From Octopus vulgaris (Eukaryota), in assembly GCA_951406725.2 (NCBI GenBank), contig OX597817.1, forward strand, positions 156,674,001 to 156,738,000: a stretch of DNA of 64,000 bases, read 5' to 3'. The position numbers and the translations under genes were made by a program. Below, in pieces: positions 53,042 to 64,000 of this stretch; positions within the stretch are counted from its first letter, which is position 1, and each line of letters opens with the position of its first letter. The notes beneath the pieces were generated by a model. It saw only the letters and a list, made by a program, of their open reading frames with translations, was not told the origin of the DNA and searched no databases.

Positions 53042-53702
53042 AATGTTATTTTTTGATGAATATTAATGGTTTTTTTGTGTTTTTTTTCTGAATTTGTTAA
53101 ACTTGCTAATTAGTATTGTTAGTGTAATCAGCTGCAAATTTGTCTTAATTTATGCCTTATTTATTGATCGTTTTGTTACTGTTGAAATACATTGCTTTTT
53201 TTTTATTTTTATTAATTTCAAAAAGAATGCAAAAGATATTAAATTAACTTTGTTCTTATTAACATGGTGTTTGAAGCATAACATGAAATTTTACTGGAAG
53301 GTTCTCATTTAAATTACTTTAAAAAGGGAAATTTGTATGAGAAAACCAGGGGTCATTTCAGGTGGGTTCTCATCAAAAGAGCTAATACCTACTTTTGATT
53401 TTTTTCTCATACACACACATGCATATGTATACAACCAGGCTTCCACACAGTTTCCATATACCAAAATCATTTCAAGGTCAACCAGATTGGTCAACCAGGA
53501 TCTATTGTTGTAGAACACATTTGCCCTTGGTGACGTAGATTGGGACTGAACCTGAAACCATGCAGTTGTGACCTGAAGGAAGAAAAGAGAATTATAGGGA
53601 GATGGAAAGAATAGATAATAAAGTGTAACGTGGCTGAAATAGATAGATAGAAAGATAGATATAGATAAATGTAGCTTTGTGTTATCAGATAGACAGACAG
53701 AG

Positions 53703-53756
<54 letters not shown>

Positions 53757-55083
53757 GGATTTATATGGATAATACCATACAAAATTCTGTTTATCTGGTT
53801 GATTAGGAGCATATTAATGAAATGGTTTGAAATTTGGCAAAACTGGTAATTTTTTTTTTAAATTATGAATAGTATGGTAATAATACCCTAGATTTGCTAC
53901 CAATTTCCACATAAAGTGTAGGTATGTAGTTTGACTGCTCATGTCTATGTCACCATTTTTAAATAGTCGAATTGTATGTCATGCCCACAAAATTCTTAAC
54001 CTTGAAATATTGAAAATATTTCTCTAATTTCTTCTTTTTATTTTTTCTTTGACATCTCTCATCTGCCCTCTTCATAATCACTCACCCTGTATCTATCTAC
54101 CTAATACTCTACTACAAAACCCCAATTTTGTAATTTAGATTAAAATTTCTTGAATTATATACAGGAGCTGTACATCATTTCAGTCCTCCTATTTTATATT
54201 GCCAGATACTTTGAACTATATCTTTCCTAGCTTAATATTCTATATTTTACAAACTTGAAAAATTTTCACTTTATAATTTCACCTTAATTACTTCATTTGA
54301 CAGAATTTGTCTCCCCTGTATAAGGGAAGCTATCACTGGAAAAATCCTGAATTTATCTCCCTTGTTAGCCTTTGCATGCATAGTAACATATATAAATATA
54401 TGTACACTATTTCAAAAATACACACTGGTGAAACTGAACAGTAATGGATGAGTAACTAACCAATTTAATTACATGTGCAAATTCATATATATGTATTCAT
54501 ATTTATATATTTGTACATATATATTTATATAGTTATTCACTTTTACAAGAATAGTGTTGACAGTAACTTTGAAGTTTTGGCCTTAGCTTTCATTAGTCCA
54601 ATTAGCTTTCATTAGTCCAATTAGGCTGAAATTTTGAGGTTAATGTCAGCACTGTTTTTATAAAAGAAAAATAAATTTATACTCCCCAAAAATTAATGAG
54701 TAATCCTTCAGTTTAATGTAAAATTGCTTTTATTACAACTTGATGTGAAAGCAAACATAGTTTTATTTATATATAATACATATATATATAATTCATATAT
54801 TTGGTATGTGTATACATACAACATACTCTTTCTTCTGTTTAGCCATCACGACTCATGTCTTTCAGGCGCACTATCTTTTTATTTGTATGTTTGTTGCTAA
54901 TGTTTATTTGAAACTAATGTGCCTGTACTTCTGGCTTCATAATTTTTTTTTTCAACAATTTATTTTTATCGTATTTTATTTTTGTATTCAGTTGAATTGC
55001 GCTTAACAGTGTTGCAGTGGTTCTTGGCTCTTGCAATCTTGCAGGATGTTGGCTGGGTTTTATTTATATATATATTCAGTGTG

Positions 55084-55119
<36 letters not shown>

Positions 55120-55469
55120 AAACATTATCAATGTCACAAACTCAGTGTTTGTATTTTGTGCGTGTGCTCATTAGCTGTTAAATAGTGTCAGAAGAATAAG
55201 TCACATTAAGATGTCAAGTTTTAAAGGGTCTTTTCCCTTTGATGCTATCCCACAGCTAATGAGTGCATAAGCAAAACACATACTATAAGTATGTGACATC
55301 AATAATGTTTACATTATTAGAACTGCTTATAATCCAGAATTCTATATATTCCGGGGTTTCTTCCTTCCTTCCTTCCTTTTTTTTTTTTTTTTTTCTGTTT
55401 CGTTTTCTGTTTCCATTATTTGTGTTGCAGGCGGCAGTACGCATTTGTCACTTTTGTTGTTACTTTCAG

Positions 55470-55640
55470 CCCGTCTCGCTGTGGCGGGGAAAACACCCAC
55501 CATAACTATCACCGAGGACAGCAGCAGCCCCCATCATGACGATGATGATGAAGAAAGCGATGATTATCTCCGCTTTATCGAAAAGCATCAGCAAAAAATG
55601 CAACAGCAACAACAACAAGCTGCTGCTGCTGTTGACAAAG
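55470..55640 (+). CDS. phase-1 cassette exon (RLAVAGKTPTITITEDSSSPHHDDDDEESDDYLRFIEKHQQKMQQQQQQAAAAVDK)
   Basis: Acceptor TTGTTACTTTCAG|CC, donor AAAG|GTTAGA, 171 nt open and GC-rich. An alternative in-frame acceptor at 55430 gives 210 nt. Confidence 0.8.
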
Positions 55641-55694
55641 GTTAGATGATTAGAGAAAACCACATTTGAATGACAATTACAAACATATGTGTGT

Positions 55695-56132
<438 letters not shown>

Positions 56133-56234
56133 ACACACCCACCTACACATGCACACAGACACACACGCCAAAGGAATGGGATCTTGGGTCTTGACCTGGT
56201 TTTGAAATGCCAGGTATCTGGAAAAATGCATGTA

Positions 56235-56268
<34 letters not shown>

Positions 56269-56776
56269 GTTTCTGGTTTAGGCATGAGGTTATATATATA
56301 TATATACATATATATATAATGTATGTGTATATACAGGGGTTAGCAAAAATAGGTATACAGTTGCTTAATGTGAGTGAGAATGTTTCTTTCATTTCTCTAC
56401 TTCTTTGTTTGGATAATAATCCAAAGACCATTTCACTCATATGGAACAACTGTATGCCTCCTTTTGCCCTGTCCCCTTACCCTCCAACCATGCATGGCAG
56501 TTTTCAATACTATGGACTTCAGTAATACTTGATTGGTACTTTATTTTATTGACTCCCTCCCCCAAAAAAAGATAAAAGGCAAAGTTATCTTCAGTGGGAT
56601 TTGAACTTAATGTAAAAGGCCAGAACAAATTCCATGATGCATTTTATTCAATGCTTCATCAATGATACTCATTTCTGACAGCAGCCTCATTAGTGTTAAT
56701 AGTACTTTGCAGTGCAAGATGATGGAATAAGAATACTGTACTGCAGAGTTTAATCCATTGTTCTACTGTTCCTACT

Positions 56777-57119
56777 GTAAAGAATAAAGACCCCCTTTGG
56801 TCATGAATGACCATGGGATTGCACCTAGAAAGTTCCCCTCCGAGGCACAAGTCCAGGCAAGGTTGTTTTATGGAAGATCAGCAGTCACCCATACATACCA
56901 GCTTCCCCTCTCTACGCCATCGATATTATCAAAGAAAAGGCAAAGGCCAATGGAATTTGGCACCAGTGATATTGCAACTCATTTCTAAAGCTGAGTGAAG
57001 TAGAGCAACATGAAATAAAGTGTCTTACTCAAGAACACTACACACAGCCCTGTCCAGGAATCAATCTCACTACCTCCTGATTGTGAGCCGACACTGTAAC
57101 CACTGAACCATGTGCATTC
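56777..57119 (-). mobile_element. tRNA-derived SINE (family E)
   Basis: The minus head is ATGGTTCAGTGGTTACAGTGTCGGCTC...GATTGATTCCTGGAC, then TGTTCTTGAGTAAGACACTTTATTTCA. 12-bp TSD ACTGTTCCTACT at 56765-56776 and 57120-57131. Confidence 0.8.
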
Positions 57120-58096
57120 ACTGTTCCTACTAACTTACCTCAATACAAAATAAACCTCTGTGTAATCATTTGCCCTATTAGAAATAGTAACAAAATCCTC
57201 CCCAAATTATACCTTACTCTTCTATTATAAAAGTATTCATTGAATAATTATAATTCTAGATATACTACATAAGATAAAGAAATACACACATGCATAAAAA
57301 GAAGTTTGAATCAATGAAAAATCCTCTGTGTAATCATAAGTGCAGGAACAAAATTTGCTACAGGGGTGCAAACCCAATTTTTCAGTTGAAAAGGTAAAAT
57401 TTAGGGGACCTATAATATTTTATTCTGTTTATTAGTCGAAGGACAGGTGAAAAAATCATTCTAATGGTTTCATAGAAAGGCACAAATGTCGTTAGATCAC
57501 ATTTCTTCTCATTTCAAATATTAATTTTCAAGATCAGTTTTTATTCAATCTGTTACTTTAATCCCTTCAGAATTAGCAAGTACCAGTAATATCCTTGGGT
57601 TGAAAAGAAAAGACAAAATTGAAATTGAGCCTTTAACTGAGAAATATTGGTCTTGATTTTTAGAAATCATTATTAAAATTATTATTATTATTATTATTAT
57701 TATCCATTGCTTGCTTTGTGCCTGGAATATTGAGTGTTGTCATTGCTTTTTTTCTTTTTCACTGAATAATTTATTTTTAATTTCTGTTTTCATTTTTTAC
57801 AGTTTTTTTCAAATCTTATTTAAAAAATTTTTCGTTTACTTTCTATGTTGTTTTTTTTTTTGTGGTGTTCTTGGATCCAGTTTCCTTCTTGTCTTGATCT
57901 GATGCTTTATGTTGAAACACCTGAATATGCACACACATTTCACTGTCAAAAGCTTGATGTTATGGCTTCTTCTATCAATGCAAATATCAACTGTATAGTA
58001 ACTATCAATTATTTAAGGGCAGTGGCTAAGCTAAAATTGGTAGAGTGATGGGCAAATAAATTATTCTTACCCTTTCTCTGTAGGACATATTAGAGA

Positions 58097-58735
58097 AGGA
58101 CATGGCTGAGTAGTTAAGAAGCTAGCTTCCCAACCATATGGCCTCTGGTTCAGTCTTTCTGTGCAGCACTTTTGGCATGTGTCTTCTACTACAGCTCTGG
58201 ACCAACTGAAGCTTTGTGAGTGCAATTGGTAAACAGGAAAAGCCAATCATATACATGTGTGATGCTGCATGGAGTCAGTAACCGAGACCTTTGGTGATAT
58301 GCCATGCTTGAGAAGACCTGTCAAGCCAAGTGATATCATAGTTGTGGCTGATGCTGGTGTTAGGAAGGGCATCCAGCTGTAGAAATCATGCCAAATCAGA
58401 TTGGAAACTGGTGCAGCTCCCCCAGCTTACCAGTTTTCGGTCAAACCATCCAACCCATGCCAGCATGGAAAAACGTATGTTAAATGGTGCTGCTGTTTGT
58501 CCTTGTCATGACATCATGTTATGGGTGTAAGCAAGCATCACCTTCATACGAGTGATATTGGTCGTTTGCAGTCTTCTGTAGAAAATTTGTCTAGCTGTGG
58601 GAAATATTACCTTGCTTAGAAATGGGTGAGGGTTGGCAACGGAAAGAGCATGCAGCTTTAGAAAAATATGCATCTACAAATTCTGCCTGACCCATGCATG
58701 TATGGAAAAGTGGGCATTAAATGATTATGATGATA
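58097..58735 (+). mobile_element. old B/D-like SINE with nested family-D fragment
   Basis: Head CATGGCTGAGTAGTTAAGAAGC...GGTTCAGTC. An internal TAGGAAGGGCATCCAGC...CCAACCCATGCCAGCATGGAAAA (58360-58490) is the reverse complement of the element at 147-300. A second GGTTGGCAACGGAAAGAGCAT...ATGATGAT tail follows. Confidence 0.55.
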
Positions 58736-59128
58736 TGTGTGAGTTACATATATAGATTTTTGTCCAGGGAGGTATGCAGCTCTTTGGACATAAATCTATT
58801 TACCTCACTTATCTACCCAACTGACTATCCAGTGACCTGACAACTTGGATACTCCTGTGTCTTGCTAGGGTTGAGCATTTGTGTATTGTTCACAAAGTAC
58901 AAGGCACATTTTGTCTAGTAGTGGCAGCTGCCACTTGATGTAGACCTATAACTGTTTATGGATATTTTGAACTATTCAGGTTGCATTTCCCTTGATTTAT
59001 GCAACGGTCTTATTCCTACTATCATCATACTTCGTTACATTGTATCAGTAGCAGCCCCTTGTGTAGGGATTAGTATCTCAGTAACAGGTCTGTATCTACA
59101 CAATAACAGCATCTTTATATATATATAT

Positions 59129-59359
59129 ATTTCTTTACTACCCACAAGGGACTAAACACAGAGGGGACAAACAAGGACAGACAAAGGGATTAAGTCGATT
59201 ACATCGACCCCAGTGTGTAACTGGTACCTAATTTATCAACCCCGAAAGGATGAAAGGCAAAGTCGACCTCGACGGAATTTGAACTCAGAACGCAACGACA
59301 GACGAAATACGGCTACGCATTTCACCCGGTGGGCTAACGTTTCTGCCAGCTCGCCACCA
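59129..59359 (-). mobile_element. family-C SINE
   Basis: Near-identical to 1084-1316. Flanked by CATCTTTATATATA on both sides (probable TSD). Confidence 0.85.
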
Positions 59360-60160
59360 CATCTTTATATATAAACAGTACCAGGTTCTCCATAGAGATC
59401 AGTATTGCCACAATAACAGCCCTTCTATGCAGGTCAATTTGTCAGAGGTACAATGTCAAAAGGATTACATTAATTTAAAAGATAGTGGTGTGTGGTTCTC
59501 TCTTCTCAAGCTCTTTCTGTCTGTCTCTTTCCATTTCCTTTTCTTCAAAAAAAAAAAAAAAAATCACAGCAAACAACAAAACAAACTCAGTTCTATATTA
59601 AAATCTAGTAGTGATTATTCTGATTTTTAAAATCTAGGAATAATTTGGTGTCCAACAATAATTTTTAAAAAATTTACTGAAATTTATAGAGCATTGGATC
59701 AATATTCCTGATCAGAGTTTCAACCTTGAGACATAAAATTAAAACTGAGATTCAGTTTTTAAAATAAAAACGAACTGCGTTTCTTTTGAAAATTGTTTTT
59801 TGTCTTTGAAGTTTTTCATCTCATATCTTCCTAAATACCACCATAAAAGCCTGCTAAAACTAAATAACTGATTGTTTCTATTTTGTACATTTGTTTTTGT
59901 TTTTTTAGCAACTGACCTCTTTTTTTCCTTCTTGTCATCTAAACAGTTTTTGGTCTTCCAGTGGGTGTTTTTAACAGTTTTATATTGCACATTGATTTAT
60001 TTTTCATTTCTGTATCACTTTTCACATGTGTATGTGTGTATTGTATCACTTTTTATTCTTTACCTCCCTACTGTTGTTTGGTGTCTGTTTTTCGGGTTAT
60101 CATTCGTCTGTGTATTTCTATTTAAGTCGGTGTATTGACAAAACCCTTCTCTACTAGCAG

Positions 60161-60223
60161 GTCAAGAGCCAACCACCACGACCACCACCACAGTGTCTTC
60201 TGAAGGCCATGGGGAAGAATCAG
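60161..60223 (+). CDS. 63-nt phase-1 exon (GQEPTTTTTTVSSEGHGEES)
   Basis: Acceptor CCCTTCTCTACTAGCAG|GT (TAGCAG tandem), donor TCAG|GTAATG, 21 codons open. Confidence 0.8.
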
Positions 60224-60527
60224 GTAATGTTGAAACCTCTTGATGCTATGCTATGCTGTTTGTTGCATCTAGCCATCTAAATGTTTCACGTAAACAGTTT
60301 TTGTTTTATCCCCACATATTTTTATCATTATAATTATAATTATTTTTGTCTTTTTTTGCCTCATTGTTTGCTACAGTTGATCAATGCTTTTTGTATATGA
60401 CCATTTATTCAACATTACACACACACACATGCATATATATGTATTGATATATGCATATGTGTGAGAGAGAATGATGATGTAAAACAATATAGAGAACACA
60501 TAAATTAATTCAATACAAAAAATGCTA

Positions 60528-60782
60528 TACTCTTTTACTTGTTTCAGTCATTTGACTGCGGCCATGCTGGAGCACCGCCTTTAGTCGAGCAAATCGACCC
60601 CAGGACTTATTCTTTGTAAGCCCAGTACTTATTCTATCGGTCTCTTTTGCCGAACCGCTAAGTGACGGGACGTAAACACACCAGCATCGGTTGTCAAGCA
60701 ATGCTAGGGGGACAAGCACACACACACACATACACACACACATATATATATATATAAGCTACTTATCACACAGCCACTCCTG
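60528..60782 (-). mobile_element. family-B SINE with internal deletion
   Basis: The 3' half is intact. The (CA)n(TA)n linker is joined directly to the extreme 5' end (AAGCTACTTATCACACAGCCACTCCTG). Confidence 0.8.
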
Positions 60783-61976
60783 TTTTTTTTTAACCTTAAA
60801 ATATTTATAGAGTTATCTCAGACAACAAACATTTTGGTCTAACATTAAAAGAATAAAGATTTTGAAAGATTGTGATTTTGACCAATGGGTTGCACACTCA
60901 TTCATTTTCTATGATTCTGTAAGGCCCCACTCCATGGAAATTTCAATCTTTCCTTTGTGACAACCCATATGTTTTTTCTCTCTCTCTCTCTGAGTTTTAA
61001 CTCAGCAATTTATCTCAGAGCCAAACTAAATATTCGTTATGCATTTATACTTCTACTGGTTACTGTCATTCAACTACAGCCATGACAGTGCTTCTGTCTT
61101 TAGGGGTTTTAGTCAATTATACTGACCCCAGTACTTCAGTCTGGTATTTTTGTTATCGATCTCTATTTGTCGAATTGTTTAGTTTTTTTTTTCACATAAA
61201 AGGATACAACCCAATGCCCATATTTATACCACCAATTAACACAGACACATATATGCACACACATACACACACACTGGCTTCAGCACAGTTCGTGCCTACC
61301 AAATTCTTATCACATGGCATTGAACAACCTAAGTCTACAAGACTTGTCACTAGCCCAAGGTGCTGCGCAATAGGATCAAAGTTGGAGCCATACACATACA
61401 CACACAAAAATATATATATATTTATATATATATACATACATATATATAGATATAGATATAGATATATATATATATATATATATGCACATACAGGCACTAA
61501 TTCTATATTGTTCATGGTACTATTTTTCTGAAAGAAAATAGAAAATTCATCGGCATGTTAATAACCAAGGATGATTTTTAGAATACTTTGTGATTTTTTT
61601 TTTGATTTTTTTTATTCCACCCTTACTGTTGCTAATATATCCCAAAGTGCATGAATGCATTAATGCAAGATTTTCTTGATTTACAATTATCCTCCTGCTC
61701 CACTGAAGAACTGAAGCTAGTTCAAGACTCTCATCATCCTCATTTGAAATAATTTTATTTTTCCCATTTAAACATCCCAGTGTCTGCCGGTTTTTTTTTT
61801 TTTTTTTTATTTTTTTTTTTATAATGTTTGTTGTCAATACCTTTACAACATTTTCCTCTTCACCTTTATATATCTTAGTTAATCCAGTAAATCCCTGCTG
61901 CTATCAGTTATTCTTATTTATCCATCATATCTGCACTGTGTATGTTTTCTTGTTTATTTTTTCAATTTATATTTTG

Positions 61977-62010
<34 letters not shown>

Positions 62011-63084
62011 AATGTTTTTGTTTCTTATTTTATTTTGATTTCTTCCAATTAAGGCTGTTTTATTCCCAGTCTGCACTGTGAAGCTTGTTTTTACTGCTAT
62101 ACATGTGATATAAAGTATTGCATATATTTTATAAATATATATATATATATACACGTGTGTATATGTATGTATATATATATTTATATATATTTATATATAT
62201 ATATATATATATAAACAAACTTGATAATCTTGTGTTATCGTGATATTCTTGTATGTTTATAATTAAATGTTTAGAGTATTCTGGAATGATATACCCATAA
62301 AAAAGAAAATGATCTTCATTTGTTTTGTTTACCAAAATAGTTTCTTTGAGGCCTGAAGATCTGATCCCTTTTCAATACCTATAACTTAAATTCTTAAATT
62401 ACTTTATATTTATATTGACTCCATCAAAATTCCTATTTACTAATCTTTACATTAGTAAATACTTTAAACCAAAAGTTGGCATCAACTGAGTAATTTATAC
62501 ATCATATTCTTTTAGAAATTCCAAATTTTTACTATTTCACTTGAAAGATTTTTGGTATATCCAGGGTTCTCGTTGCATTAATGGTAATTAATAATTCTGA
62601 TCAGAACATTTCATCATTAACCAGGTTAAAATGAACTTTTAATTAACTCTGATTTTTTTTTTCCCATTATTTAATCTTCTTAACTCTTTATTAATTATAA
62701 TCCAGCATTTTCAATTTAAACTTATATACATATACTCTCACACATTGCTACACACAGATACAGAAAAACATACACAAATACATATAAATGTATATATAAT
62801 ATATGTATCTATATGTGCGTGTGTATGGTTTTTTTTTTTTTTTTTTTTTGGTAATGTTCCATTTTCTCAATAATTCCTTTACAATAACTAATGTGTATTA
62901 CTTAAAGCAAAACTCTGTAAACCATTTCCTTCTAATAACATTTCCAATTTACTCATCTTGAAATCTCTCCTTTTTAATGCTTGCATTTCGGATTGCTGTC
63001 GGATTTTTTTTTTTTTTTTTACCTACCTTTAATTGTAAAACAAACAAAAACAAAACTATTGACAAAAAAACAAACCCTTGATAG

Positions 63085-64000
63085 ATGATGAGAGTGAGGG
63101 TAAAACAAGATCAGTCGCTTCTATTATTCAAATGTTTGAGCAAACATCTGACACTGCTTTGCAAAGTTCAGCTACAGACATTGTTCGTGAAGTCCAGAAA
63201 TCAGCACAAGCAACGTTACGCAAAGAATCTCAGGAATTCGTAAAGCAAGACTCTTCTGAGTGGGTTGTCATTGACGACAGCGATCTTGATGGCTTTGATG
63301 CAGAAAAGGTGCCATCAGCCAATGGTACTTATGTTGAAACAGAAGATTCTGCTCCAAAGGTAGAAGAATGGGTAAAAGTCTCTGCTGTCAAAGAGAAATT
63401 TGAGGACAAAATTAAGAATGGCTCCATGTCTGAAAAAACTATTATACGTGAAGCCACCAAAGTTCACACAAGCACTTTAGCAAAACATAAATCTTCAGAG
63501 AAAGCTGATGATGTTGATCAACCTTACGGTGTCCCGGAACCGCCCGACGCCCACTTTAAGACTCCCTCAGATGATGAAAATCTTGAATTTTCTGAGAAAT
63601 TGAAAATGTTTACTGGTAAACATGCCCAAAATTATTATGTCACAACTCAACCTGATGAGTTATTAAGCTCTGATGAAGAAACACCAGACACTACCTCGAA
63701 AGGAAGTGAAAGGTCATACCAAACTGCATCTGAAACGAGTGAAATCCGATCTGAAACTGTAAAAGTGTCTTCTACAGGAGAGCAAAAAAGTGAAGTCGTT
63801 GAAGAACGACGCGAAAGCACTTCATCACTGATTGCCAAGTTTGAGGAAGCTACAACTCGTGAAAAGCCGTCAAAGAAAGAGGCCATGTCATTTGACAAGG
63901 ATAGCAAAGAAACAGTACAAAAAGAAGTGACAAAATCTTGGAAAACTGATTCTTCTCAAAGTGCAGTCCAGGAGATAAAGGAAAGTCACGTATTCCAAGA
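63085..64000 (+). CDS. 5' part of a third large phase-1 exon, running off the window; giant-ankyrin-like (LIR motifs, S-V-x-x-h-x-x-x-F-E motifs)
   Basis: Acceptor CCCTTGATAG|AT, open for all 916 nt: DESEGKTRSVASIIQMFEQTSD...KQDSSEWVVIDDSDLDGFD...KVEEWVKVSAVKEKFEDK...STSSLIAKFEEATT...ESHVFQ. Absent from the ORF track, presumably because it has no stop inside the window. Confidence 0.85.

Noticed and set aside
56332-56480. Small MITE (CAGGGGTTAGCAAAAATAGGTATACAGTTG ... CAACTGTATGCCTCCTTTTGCC); similar degenerate TTAA element at 1765-1935
   Set aside because: The inverted repeats are too degenerate to delimit confidently.

Overview
AT-rich eukaryotic (animal) genomic DNA, dense in (TA)n/(CA)n/(CAT)n microsatellites and several tRNA-derived SINE families. 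The repeat landscape suggests an octopus/coleoid cephalopod; that is an inference, not proven. There are no prokaryotic features, rRNA, bona fide tRNA or CRISPR. The window appears to be the interior of one very large + strand gene. Its exons all start and end in intron phase 1 and so can be skipped freely. Small exons lie at 15483-15575, 55470-55640 and 60161-60223, with weaker candidates at 15795-15872 and 51594-51623. There are three giant exons. The first, 21917-27025 (5.1 kb), carries a 10-aa MTAD[PST][YC]DSRR array. The second, 36628-48656 (12 kb), carries twelve 208-aa repeats and a His/Cys/Asp 16-aa array, and has three small indels near 38.1-38.8 kb. The third, 63085 to beyond the window end, was missed by the ORF track and carries ankyrin-B-like LIR motifs. 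The motif content suggests the post-death-domain/giant-exon region of a giant ankyrin, but no ANK, ZU5 or death domain lies inside the window, so this is an inference. The introns hold SINEs with target-site duplications, a CR1-type LINE 3' fragment, a non-autonomous Helitron, Tc1/mariner relics and MITEs.
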